A stretch of DNA of 63,873 nucleotides, counting the filler, from Lama guanicoe (taxonomy: Eukaryota): the NCBI GenBank assembly GCA_013239625.1. It is 81 parts of 77 records of this genome, joined end to end, with 100 filler letters (N's around TTAATTAATTAA, not from the genome) between each part and the next. Parts side by side here need not be neighbours in the genome. Positions count along the whole stretch, not along the records: positions 1 to 558 come from MU054668.1; positions 659 to 1,853 come from MU054671.1; positions 1,954 to 2,420 come from PNXV01009059.1; positions 2,521 to 3,183 come from PNXV01009061.1; positions 3,284 to 4,095 come from PNXV01009066.1; positions 4,196 to 5,104 come from MU054674.1; positions 5,205 to 5,652 come from PNXV01009076.1; positions 5,753 to 6,604 come from MU054677.1; 73 more parts are not named here. One strand, 5' to 3'. Below, piece by piece: positions 1 through 10,580 of the stretch. The translations under genes were made by a program, and so were the position numbers. The stretch's first letter is position 1; each line of letters opens with the position of its first letter. A model generated the notes under the pieces. It was not told where the DNA came from. It was given only the letters and a program-made list of their open reading frames with translations, and searched no databases.

Positions 1-558
1 AGATTTTGATAAATCCTCTAAGGAGTTACATAGCTCTTTGTGAAAAATTAATGTGAGTTTGATTCCAGGTAACACAGAAAAGAATCTTCAGGGATTTATT
101 GCAGGGAGAGGGCAGGAAAGAGGCAGTATGTGACACTTTCTAGTGTGAGCAACGGAGCAGGGACTTGGATTTAAATACGGTGTCTGACGTGGCCTCTCTC
201 TAATCTTGTAGAATGTGATNNNNNNNNNNNNNNNNNNNNNNNNNNNNNNNNNNNNNNNNNNNNNNNNNNNNNNNNNNNNNNNNNNNNNNNNNNNNNNNNN
301 NNNNNNNNNNNNNNNNNNNNNNNNNNNGGGATTCAGGATTTGTTAAAAAAAAATTCTTGTCCATAGCACTCTGTCTGTGTGTATTTTGAAGTTCCTGGAG
401 GGTGAGGGTGAGTCTAAAGTCCATTGTGGGACAGGTGGCCCCTATTTCTCCATGCCCCAGTTTACACGCTACTCCCCAGTCCTCTTCCTCAGTCCAGGAT
501 AAAGTTCCTTAGTAGATTTACACAGAGGTCTTGTGGAAATGGCTCTTCATTTTATTGT

Positions 559-658
559 NNNNNNNNNNNNNNNNNNNNNNNNNNNNNNNNNNNNNNNNNN
601 NNTTAATTAATTAANNNNNNNNNNNNNNNNNNNNNNNNNNNNNNNNNNNNNNNNNNNN
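559..658. other. Artificial scaffold-joining spacer (44 N + TTAATTAATTAA + 44 N); first of about 80 copies, last core at ~63074
   Basis: The same 100-bp structure recurs every 0.5-1.5 kb. The 12-mer is palindromic and places TAA stops in all six frames. Sequence on either side is usually unrelated. Confidence 0.98.
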
Positions 659-1853
659 GTCTCCCCTGAGGGTTTTCCTAATGTCTCTGTGCCAGAGGAA
701 TGCTAGGTTTGATTGCAAGATATCCCAGTGACCGAGGCTGCCTCCCCAAGTTCAGGGAAGGTATTTCCCGGACTTCCCCGAACAGGGAACTCCTGTGAAC
801 GAAGAGAGCTGCGTGGAGTTGTCTCTCGAGTTCCCCCACGCACTGACAATNNNNNNNNNNNNNNNNNNNNNNNNNNNNNNNNNNNNNNNNNNNNNNNNNN
901 NNNNNNNNNNNNNNNNNNNNNNNNNNNNNNNNNNNNNNNNNNNNNNNNNNNNNNNNNNNNNNNNNNNNNNNNNNNNNNNNNNNNNNNNNNNNNNNNNNNN
1001 NNNNNNNNNNNNNNNNNNNNNNNNNNNNNNNNNNNNNNNNNNNNNNNNNNNNNNNNNNNNNNNNNNNNNNNNNNNNNNNNNNNNNNNNNNNNNNNNNNNN
1101 NNNNNNNNNNNNNNNNNNNNNNNNNNNNNNNNNNNNNNNNNNNNNNNNNNNNNNNNNNNNNNNNNNNNNNNNNNNNNNNNNNNNNNNNNNNNNNNNNNNN
1201 NNNNNNNNNNNNNNNNNNNNNNNNNNNNNNNNNNNNNNNNNNNNNNNNNNNNNNNNNNNNNNNNNNNNNNNNNNNNNNNNNNNNNNNNNNNNNNNNNNNN
1301 NNNNNNNNNNNNNNNNNNNNNNNNNNNNNNNNNNNNNNNNNNNNNNNNNNNNNNNNNNNNNNNNNNNNNNNNNNNNNNNNNNNNNNNNNNNNNNNNNNNN
1401 NNNNNNNNNNNNNNNNNNNNNNNNNNNNNNNNNNNNNNNNNNNNNNNNNNNNNNNNNNNNNNNNNNNNNNNNNNNNNNNNNNNNNNNNNNNNNNNNNNNN
1501 NNNNNNNNNNNNNNNNNNNNNNNNNNNNNNNNNNNNNNNNNNNNNNNNNNNNNNNNNNNNNNNNNNNNNNNNNNNNNNNNNNNNNNNNNNNNNNNNNNGT
1601 TGTCTCTCGAGCTCCCCCACGCACTGAAAATGGTTCCGGATTACTGAGCGTAGGGAGGTTCCACCAAAGGTCGGCAGTGCTAGGGTTCTAACGGAATGCC
1701 TAAGCTCGTCTCCCCTGAGGGTTTTCCTAATGTCTCCGTGCCAGGGAATTGTAGGGTGGTTTGCAGGATATCCCAGTGACCGAGGCTGCATCCCCAAGCT
1801 CAGGGAAGTTCTTTCCCGGACTTCCCCGAACAGGGAACACCTGTGACTGAAGA
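659..1853 (-). repeat. 266-267-bp GC-rich satellite (family A), reverse orientation, with internal gap
   Basis: Reverse complement of the monomer at 25793-26611 and 35777-36314, e.g. cttccccgaacagggaacacctgtgactgaag. Confidence 0.9.
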
Positions 1854-2071
1854 NNNNNNNNNNNNNNNNNNNNNNNNNNNNNNNNNNNNNNNNNNNNTTA
1901 ATTAATTAANNNNNNNNNNNNNNNNNNNNNNNNNNNNNNNNNNNNNNNNNNNNTTTTTAATTTAGTGCTCTGTGAGAACTAAAAACAAAACATTTAAAAT
2001 AATGATTGTGCAAGAGAGAAGTGGTCTTTGAAAGTCCAACTGTTGCTAATGATGTTACTTGTTTTTTCTAG

Positions 2072-2156
2072 TGGTGCTTATTTACTGAAAAATTTCCAAA
2101 CACTGAATTTGTTTTATGTAGTCTTAGTATGAAAGAAAACTTTGTCAGTGAGTATT
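2072..2156 (+). CDS. Candidate internal exon of an unidentified gene (WCLFTEKFPNTEFVLCSLSMKENFVSEY)
   Basis: Branch-like TGCTAAT at 2044, pyrimidine tract and TAG acceptor ending 2071, one open frame, GTAAGT donor at 2157. Product not recognised. Confidence 0.25.
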
Positions 2157-2520
2157 GTAAGTAAAATCCTTACTCTTTTCTTTCCTGATGATGAATATAA
2201 GTTGTTTAAATGGCTTAAGTATATTTCATCATTTGTGAAATTTGAGTAATATGGTTTACCTTGTCTGACTGTGAGAGCTGGACGCCTTGTATACAAAGCA
2301 CTGTAGAGGTGCTTAATAAAAATGTGCTGTCACGGTGACTGATAGTTTAGAAGTATGAACTCTGAATACTGAAAAGGGTAGCTTATTTCTGATGCATATT
2401 CAATATGTATATATATGATANNNNNNNNNNNNNNNNNNNNNNNNNNNNNNNNNNNNNNNNNNNNTTAATTAATTAANNNNNNNNNNNNNNNNNNNNNNNN
2501 NNNNNNNNNNNNNNNNNNNN

Positions 2521-3183
2521 CAGAATTTAGAATATAGTATTCAGAATACTGAATATAGTATTTAGTATATAGGATTTAGAACACAGTATACAGAAAAAAG
2601 AAATAAGAATATAGAAACCAGAATTTAGAACATGGAATGCAGAACACTGAATTTAGAATATATACTACAGAATACTTAATATAGAATTTAGAACATAGAA
2701 TGAGCAATACAGAATTTAGACTATGGAATACAGAATACTGAATATAGAATTTAGAATATACATTATATAACACAGAATAACTGAATGCAGTATATTTAAT
2801 GTAGAATATTAAATGAATACCACAAAATTTGGAATATAGAATAGAGAATATAGAAGCCAGAATTTAGAACATAAATGCAGAACAGATAATTTAGAATATG
2901 CAGTGCAAAATACTGAATATAGTATTTTGAATACAGAATGTAGAATACTGAATATAGAATTTAGAAAATTTAATGAAGAACAAAGAATATAGAATATAGA
3001 ATAGAGAATAGAGAACCCAGAAATTAGAACATGGAATGTAGAACACAGAATTTAAAATATAGAATACAGAATAATGAATATAGGATTTAGAAAATAGAAG
3101 GTAGAACACAGAATTTAGATTATAGAAACAGAACACTGAATATAGAATTTAGAATATAGAATGTAGTACACAGAATATAGAAT
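2521..3183 (+). repeat. Heptameric satellite (AGAATAT/AGAATTT/AGAACAC/GGAATGC units)
   Basis: Continuous 7-bp periodicity with recurring AGAACATGGAATGCAGAACACAGAATTT motif. Confidence 0.95.
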
Positions 3184-3420
3184 NNNNNNNNNNNNNNNNN
3201 NNNNNNNNNNNNNNNNNNNNNNNNNNNTTAATTAATTAANNNNNNNNNNNNNNNNNNNNNNNNNNNNNNNNNNNNNNNNNNNNCCAAGGATTCACTGTCA
3301 CTGCGCAATATTTTTCACTATTATCACCTTTGTGACTGAGAGGCTTCTGATGACCCTGCTTTGTGCATCTGTACATAAAGTAACAAAACAGAGAAAAAGA
3401 CCTTATTAAAGATAATTTAG

Positions 3421-3582
3421 GGGGGAGGGTATAGCTCAAGTGGAAGATCATGTTCTTAGCATGCACAAGGGCCTGGGTTCAATCCCCAGTACAACTTCTT
3501 CTAAAAATAAAATAAATAAATAAAAACCTAATTACCACCCCCCAGCAAAAAATTAATTTATTACTTTAATTAAAAGTTGAAA
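3421..3582 (+). mobile_element. Full-length tRNA-derived SINE (Vic-1-like) with 13-bp TSD
   Basis: GGGGGAGGGTATAGCTCAAGTGG A-box, GGTTCAATCCC B-box and A-rich tail. TSD AAAGATAATTTAG at 3408-3420 and 3583-3595, at a TT/AAAG L1-endonuclease-type site. Confidence 0.9.
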
Positions 3583-4045
3583 AAAGATAATTTAGTGCAG
3601 GCTTATCAGGCTACAAGAGCTACAATGAATGCCCCCACCCATTAATTTAGAAGAAGTCTCACAGTATTTCTCAACATAAAGGCTAAAATATAATTTAGAA
3701 CAGTTCCTGATGGTCAGCATCATTTTAACAAAAATGTAGATAATTACGTCCCTGGTGTCAAATTTCTGTCAGAGTTGGGCATGGAACATTTAGTAAAAGT
3801 GATTTTGCAGCTATCTTTGAAAGAAAGAAATAAATGCTGAGAAATGATCTTTTCTGTTGGAAATTAGCCTGCTTTTACATTCTTCAGTAGGCATAAGTGT
3901 TTACAAACCAGGCAGGAACTGGATTATATTTTACATATACTTTAGAAACTGATTTGAATTTTGCTCTCTACCTGCAAGGCTATTTCTTAGGTAATAACAT
4001 AAGCAGGCCACTATACTAAATTTTGTTTCCCTGTTTGCTTAACCC

Positions 4046-4095
4046 ACACAACAACTCTGTAAGATGCTATTATTACCCCCATATAACAGATAAAG
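4046..4095. mobile_element. MIR-like SINE fragment
   Basis: cacaacaactctgtaag...attattacccccatataacagataaag resembles the MIR core. Confidence 0.5.
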
Positions 4096-4195
4096 NNNNN
4101 NNNNNNNNNNNNNNNNNNNNNNNNNNNNNNNNNNNNNNNTTAATTAATTAANNNNNNNNNNNNNNNNNNNNNNNNNNNNNNNNNNNNNNNNNNNN

Positions 4196-5104
4196 ACTAG
4201 TGTGAAGTGATATCTCATTGTGGTTTTGTTTTGTAATTACCTATAAAATAGAAATGTTGAGCAATTTTATCACTTTCCTGTTACTCATCTGTATGTTTTC
4301 TTTGGAAAATTATTAAGTCAGGTACTCTGCTCTTGTTTTCGATTGGATTTTTGTTTTTCATCTTAAGTTTTGTAATCTAAATCCATGTTACATCTACTAA
4401 CCTACATCTATTACCCCTGCTCATTTGCATTGTTTGCAAATATGTTCTCCAAATACACAGGCAGCGTTTTCATTTCATTGATAGTGTTCTTAGCTGTGCA
4501 GAAATTTTCAAGTTTGTTTAGGTCCCACTTGCTTATTTTAGGAATGCTCTAACTTTTACATGTAGATGTCCAGCTTTCCCAACACCATCCATTGACGAGA
4601 CTTTCTTTTCTTCATTGTGTACTCTTGCCTATTTTATCATACATTCATTGCTCATAGGTGTGGTGTNNNNNNNNNNNNNNNNNNNNNNNNNNNNNNNNNN
4701 NNNNNNNNNNNNNNNNNNNNNNNNNNNNNNNNNNNNNNNNNNNNNNNNNNNNNNNNNNNNNNNNNNNNNNNNNNNNNNNNNNNNNNNNNNNNNNNNNNNN
4801 NNNNNNNNNNNNNNNNNNNNNNNNNNNNNNNNNNNNNNNNNNNNNNNNNNNNNNNNNNNNNNNNNNNNNNNNNNNNNNNNNNNNNNNNNNNNNNNNNNNN
4901 NNNNNNNNNNNNNNNNNNNNNNNNNNNNNNNNNNNNNNNNNNNNNNNNNNNNNNNNNNNNNNNNNNNNNNNNNNNNNCGTAACAGGTACTAAATCCTTTG
5001 GTCTCCTTGTGTAGTACGGCCATGTTAATAATATTAACTCTTTGAATCCAAGACCACAGACATCTTTCCATTTCTTTGAATCATTTTTGATTTCTTTTCT
5101 TTGT
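4196..5104 (-). mobile_element. Old LINE-1 ORF2 3' fragments
   Basis: Antisense L1 motifs: gtgaagtgatatctcattgtggtttt, ttagctgtgcagaaatttt, tccagctttcccaacacca, gtagtacggccatgttaataatatt. Confidence 0.8.
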
Positions 5105-5204
5105 NNNNNNNNNNNNNNNNNNNNNNNNNNNNNNNNNNNNNNNNNNNNTTAATTAATTAANNNNNNNNNNNNNNNNNNNNNNNNNNNNNNNNNNNNNNNN
5201 NNNN

Positions 5205-5653
5205 GACTCTTTATTTTGTTCCATTGATCTATGTGTCTCATTTAGTGATAAATTATGATGCTTTGATTACTGTCACTTTCTAGTACTTTATAAATTCAGG
5301 GAGGATAATATCCACAGTTTTTATTTTTCAAAGATAATTTTAGAAAATTTGGTTGTTTCCTATTTTTGTATAAATTTTATTACTTTTTCCCTGTTTGGGA
5401 AGAAACATATGGATTCTGTGAGAATAGAAATTTATTAAATGTAAATCCATAAGAAAAATAGTAAAATGCAGAGGATAAATCATACAATATTAAACAAACA
5501 ATGGATTGCTATAAAAATCAAAGGAAATATAGATAGAGAAAATGACAACAAATACAAAGTCTATGGGGTATAGCAAAAGCAGTATTAATAGGGATGCTTA
5601 TAAAAAATAATCCCACTTATACAAATAAGAAACATCTCTCTCTCATAACATAN
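5205..5653. mobile_element. Rearranged old LINE-1 (antisense ORF2 piece joined to sense piece); paralog of 16348-16798
   Basis: Antisense ctctttattttgttccattgatctatgtgtc followed by sense ctatggggtatagcaaaagcagtattaataggg (LWxxAKAVL.G motif). Confidence 0.7.
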
Positions 5654-5939
5654 NNNNNNNNNNNNNNNNNNNNNNNNNNNNNNNNNNNNNNNNNNNTTAA
5701 TTAATTAANNNNNNNNNNNNNNNNNNNNNNNNNNNNNNNNNNNNNNNNNNNNAGTGCTGGAGAAGGGAGAAGGGAAGAAAAGTGCTTAAGTGAGGAAAAG
5801 GAGCTTGAGTGGGGAGCCGGCAGCCAAGCTGACTGGTGGAGACAGTCCACCTGGGTCAGGCCATGTGGACTTTTATGGGAGGTTTCTGCCATCATGTCCT
5901 CCTTCTGGGTGTGATGGAGCCAGTCAGCCCTTGTATGGG

Positions 5940-6470
5940 CCTTTCTGGTTGTTGTCATGGCAACAGCCAACTGTTGTGGCACTGGTGGGTATGTCTTTAA
6001 CACATTACCANNNNNNNNNNNNNNNNNNNNNNNNNNNNNNNNNNNNNNNNNNNNNNNNNNNNNNNNNNNNNNNNNNNNNNNNNNNNNNNNNNNNNNNNNN
6101 NNNNNNNNNNNNNNNNNNNNNNNNNNNNNNNNNNNNNNNNNNNNNNNNNNNNNNNNNNNNNNNNNNNNNNNNNNNNNNNNNNNNNNNNNNNNNNNNNNNN
6201 NNNNNNNNNNNNNNNNNNNNNNNNNNNNNNNNNNNNNNNNNNNNNNNNNNNNNNNNNNNNNNNNNNNNNNNNNNNNNNNNNNNNNNNNNNNNNNNNNNNN
6301 NNNNNNNNNNNNNNNNNNNNNNNNNNNNNNNNNNNNNNNNNNNNNNCCTGCAGGCTTATCAGCTGCTGGAGTCTTCTCTTCTATGACTCGGGGAGGCCTG
6401 GGAGATGTCAGGTGTTCTACAAACAAGAGGCAGGGGTTGGGGGGAAGCCCACAGAGTCCTGCTTGACCTC
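5940..6470. mobile_element. Probable ERV1-class LTR fragments
   Basis: gttgtcatggcaac...ggcactggtgggtatgtc resembles MER4-group LTR motifs; interrupted by a gap. Confidence 0.35.
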
Positions 6471-7350
6471 AAAATCCCAAAGTTGACAGAGGATACACAA
6501 TCAGTAAGTGGCGATGTTGAATTACCCAATTCACTGTCTCCTTCTCCATTCTATTGACACTTGAAAATAAAAGGCCGTATCCGTAGGCTAGGGTGATAAA
6601 GCGGNNNNNNNNNNNNNNNNNNNNNNNNNNNNNNNNNNNNNNNNNNNNTTAATTAATTAANNNNNNNNNNNNNNNNNNNNNNNNNNNNNNNNNNNNNNNN
6701 NNNNTGTACTGACATTTCAAACCAGAAGCTTGAAGCCTTTCTTTCCTTGAAGTAATGAAGGTCATTCTCTCTTAGTATTTCATTTATCTTGCATTTTGAT
6801 CACATGCCCTGTAAACATTGCAGAGAAATCTCAATGAAATCTTAGCTCTGGTATGTTTTGTATTGACAGGGTTAACCAACTGTAAGAGCTACTTAAAGAT
6901 ATATATATATTTTTAATATAACTGGCTGAAAATAGAATTACTGCTACTTAAAGATGACTCCAAAATAAAGATATAGCTATTGTTATATAAGTTAATATCA
7001 ACTTTATTTTCATACAGAAATTTGCATTCACCAAACACACACACACAATTGTTGGTACAGATCTTTGCAAATTATAAGTGGTCCCATATACCTCATTTAT
7101 TTTTGTGGTTAACTCTAAATCTGGTGGAATTCTGACCGCTACCAACATAGTTTTTTAGAATCTCTGAATGTAGCTAATTTAATTTATAGTACTCTAAACT
7201 GTAAGAACTTTGAAACATTTATATTGAAGAAGAGCAACATTCAAACACCTNNNNNNNNNNNNNNNNNNNNNNNNNNNNNNNNNNNNNNNNNNNNTTAATT
7301 AATTAANNNNNNNNNNNNNNNNNNNNNNNNNNNNNNNNNNNNNNNNNNNN

Positions 7351-8314
7351 CTCCACATCCTCCTCCTCCTCCACATCATCCAACTACTCCTACTCCACAG
7401 CCTCCTCCTCCTCTCCTTCCTCTTCCTCCACCTCCACCTCGCCATCCTCCTCATCCACCTCCTCCACCTCCACCTCCTTCACCTCCTCCTCCTCCTCCTC
7501 CTCCACCTCCTNNNNNNNNNNNNNNNNNNNNNNNNNNNNNNNNNNNNNNNNNNNNNNNNNNNNNNNNNNNNNNNNNNNNNNNNNNNNNNNNNNNNNNNNN
7601 NNNNNNNNNNNNNNNNNNNNNNNNNNNNNNNNNNNNNNNNNNNNNNNNNNNNNNNNNNNNNNNNNNNNNNNNNNNNNNNNNNNNNNNNNNNNNNNNNNNN
7701 NNNNNNNNNNNNNNNNNNNNNNNNNNNNNNNNNNNNNNNNNNNNNNNNNNNNNNNNNNNNNNNNNNNNNNNNNNNNNNNNNNNNNNNNNNNNNNNCCTCC
7801 TCCTCCTCCTCCACCTCCTCCTCCTCCACCTCCTCCTGCTCCTCCTACTTCACCTCCTCCACCACCTCCTCCTCCATGTCCTCTTCCTCCTCTTCCTCCA
7901 CCTCCTCTTCCTCCTCCACCTCCTCCTCCTCCTCCACCTCCTCCTCCTCCTCCTCCACGTCCTCCTCCTCCTCCTCCTCCTCCTCCTCCACCTCCTCTTC
8001 CTCCACCTCCTCCTCCTCCTCCACCTCCTCCTCCTCCTTCTCCTCCACCTCCTCCTCCTCCTCCTCCCCCTCCTCCTCCTCCTCCTCCTCCCCCCCATCC
8101 TCCTCCTCTTCCTCCTCCCCCTCCTCCTCCTCCTCCACATCCTCCTCCTCCTCCACATCCCCCTCCTCCTCCTTCTCCACCTCCTCCTCCTCCTTCTCCT
8201 CCACCTCCTCATCCTCCACCTTCCCCTGTTCCACCTCCTGCTCCACCTCCCCCTCCTCCACATCGTCTTCCTCCTCCACCTCCTCCTCCTCCACCTCCTC
8301 TTCCTCCACCTCCT
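7351..8314 (-). repeat. Degenerate (CCT/CCA)n triplet array, i.e. (GGA)n on the minus strand
   Basis: Almost pure TCC/ACC triplets throughout; same composition as 48550-49515 in the opposite orientation. Confidence 0.95.
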
Positions 8315-8560
8315 NNNNNNNNNNNNNNNNNNNNNNNNNNNNNNNNNNNNNNNNNNNNTTAATTAATTAANNNNNNNNNNNNNNNNNNNNNNNNNNNNNN
8401 NNNNNNNNNNNNNNCATCAGCAGCTTATGAACATCCATGTGCAGTACTAGGACTATCGACCCTAGTCCTCTGAGCCAGACCAAGGTCCTCCAAACCCTGC
8501 TGTCTTGCCTTCAAAGTACATATAGGGCAATGTAATCTTCACCACTATTCAAGAAATTCT

Positions 8561-8710
8561 GGGGGAAGGGGATAGCTCAAGTGATAGAGCACTTTCTTAG
8601 CATGCGCAAGGTCCTGGTTTCAGTCCCCAGTACCTCCTCCAAAAATAAAAGTAAATGAATATAATTACCTCCCCTCAACAAAATAAAAAAAAAAAAGAAA
8701 AATTTAAAGA
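8561..8710 (+). mobile_element. tRNA-derived SINE (Vic-1-like)
   Basis: GGGGGAAGGGGATAGCTCAAGTGA A-box, GGTTTCAGTCCC B-box and A tail. Imperfect TSD AAGAAATTCT (8551-8560) / AAGAAATTTT (8711-8720). Confidence 0.88.
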
Positions 8711-9389
8711 AAGAAATTTTTGTTGTACATATTACTCTTAGGGTTTTCCCATAAATTAAAATCATTCGTATGAGAATCAAACACAGACTGAATGATGAAG
8801 TTGTGACCAGAGTGACGATGTGATTACACTGTGGTTATGCAATAGTTAGTAATAGAGCCAGGGTCATAATTCAATTGATCAAATCTTTCACTACACCTGT
8901 GTACAACAAGCATAGCATTACTTTGGTCTTTTTCTGCTGTCATCAAATNNNNNNNNNNNNNNNNNNNNNNNNNNNNNNNNNNNNNNNNNNNNTTAATTAA
9001 TTAANNNNNNNNNNNNNNNNNNNNNNNNNNNNNNNNNNNNNNNNNNNNCTAGTTTGGGCCAATAAAGTATGAGAAGTTAGTATCAGTGCAGGGCAAAGGC
9101 TTTTAGAGCCTATGCATGCTTCTCCCCTCTCCCCCCAAAACCAGCAATGTTCCAGACAGAGGTTAGAGCGTAACACCAGGGCCCAGCCATGATGCTCAAG
9201 GAGCATAAATGAGGAAAAAAACTTTGTGGTTTACTAGGACTTCGGGATTATTTGTTGCTGTAGGAAAACCTAGCCTTTCTAAATGACGAAAGTTGCACTG
9301 TACAACAGTTGGGAAATTATTCAAAGTCTTTTCAGTTAATTACGCCGGGATGAAAGTAGCTCCTTACGTAAAAGACGTTTTAGAAACTC

Positions 9390-9877
9390 TCCCCTACCGC
9401 ACAGGCATACACAAAAATTAATTATAAGAGAGTTGCAGATCTACAGCAAAACAAAATGCTTTTAGCAGGTAATCTAGGAATATTTACGACTCTAGGATAG
9501 CAGAAGGCTTTTTCAAAAAATACAAAAAGCATTATCTATAAAAGACTAATAAATTGGATACATAAAAGTTAAAGCTTCTTTTCACCAAAATATACTATTA
9601 AATGCTCCAGAGCGTGGGGGGAGGATATTTGCAACACATGCAAAAGGGCTTTTAAACAATACACAAAAATTTTTTTGAACAAAATCCTTAAACAGCCACT
9701 CACCAAAAATTTATCCAAGTGGCTGGTAAACATATGAAAACGAGCCAAACTTCATGAATAGTGAAACGCAAAGTAACACCAAACTTTTAACACCATTAGA
9801 GACCCACCAAAGCAACTAAAATGAAAAGAACACGCAATGCCAACTGTTAACAGAGAAGTGAAGCAACTAAAACTCTC
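9390..9877 (+). mobile_element. Ancient LINE-1 (L1M-type) ORF2 3' end fragment
   Basis: atacacaaaaattaa, gatatttgcaacacatg, ggtaaacatatgaaaa and gtgaagcaactaaaactctc motifs. Confidence 0.6.
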
Positions 9878-10149
9878 NNNNNNNNNNNNNNNNNNNNNNN
9901 NNNNNNNNNNNNNNNNNNNNNTTAATTAATTAANNNNNNNNNNNNNNNNNNNNNNNNNNNNNNNNNNNNNNNNNNNNTTTTCATTATAAAATGTCTTGAA
10001 ACCTTTATTTATCACTTCTGTAAAATCTTTATCTCTCTCTTTCTTTTTTCTCTTTTACAAGTTGCATTAATTCATAGGCATTAGGTTGATAAACTCAATT
10101 AGGACGACAGTAGATAACTGAAACACTATAAACCTCAGTGCCAGAGATG

Positions 10150-10480
10150 TAGGAGCAAGAAGCAGAGAAACCATTCCCAATTAAAAGAATGAGAGGAATC
10201 CCCTGAAAGAATGATCAGTGAAATAGACATCGATATCATACTAGATCAAGATTTCAAAAAAGGAGTGATCAAATTACTGAAGGAAATAAAAGAGACAAAT
10301 TACTGAAGGAAATAAAAGAGATAGCGTTTAGAGATATAAAATATGTCAAAAATGAAATGGAAGCTATAAAGAAGAGACAAGAAATATAGGTAAACACGTT
10401 GAATGAGATCAGGAATGATCTAAAGGTGTAGAAAGCTCACTAGATAACACAGAAGTACGAATAAGTGACTTAGAAGACAG
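10150..10480 (+). mobile_element. LINE-1 ORF1 N-terminal fragment, disrupted
   Basis: Encodes ...DQDFKKGVIKLLKEIKE... and ...LDNTEVRISDLEDR, typical of the ORF1p coiled coil; contains a 26-bp tandem duplication. Confidence 0.75.
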
Positions 10481-10580
10481 NNNNNNNNNNNNNNNNNNNN
10501 NNNNNNNNNNNNNNNNNNNNNNNNTTAATTAATTAANNNNNNNNNNNNNNNNNNNNNNNNNNNNNNNNNNNNNNNNNNNN

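Noticed and set aside
703..1797. Long ORFs in the track spanning N-runs (also 19497-20331, 20970-21999, 25009-25657, 31284-32051 and others)
   Set aside because: Open only because N codons contain no stops.
2521..3183. nGAAn arrays as heat-shock elements
   Set aside because: GAA units are direct repeats at 7-bp spacing, not the alternating inverted pentamers of a canonical HSE.
3421..3495. tRNA-like sequence (also 8561 and 54777)
   Set aside because: A-rich tail, TSDs and degenerate stems identify these as SINEs, not tRNA genes.
7845..8370. Poly-Glu, poly-Arg and poly-Ser ORFs (also 48498-49305)
   Set aside because: By-products of a triplet repeat open in several frames; no start context or splice signals.
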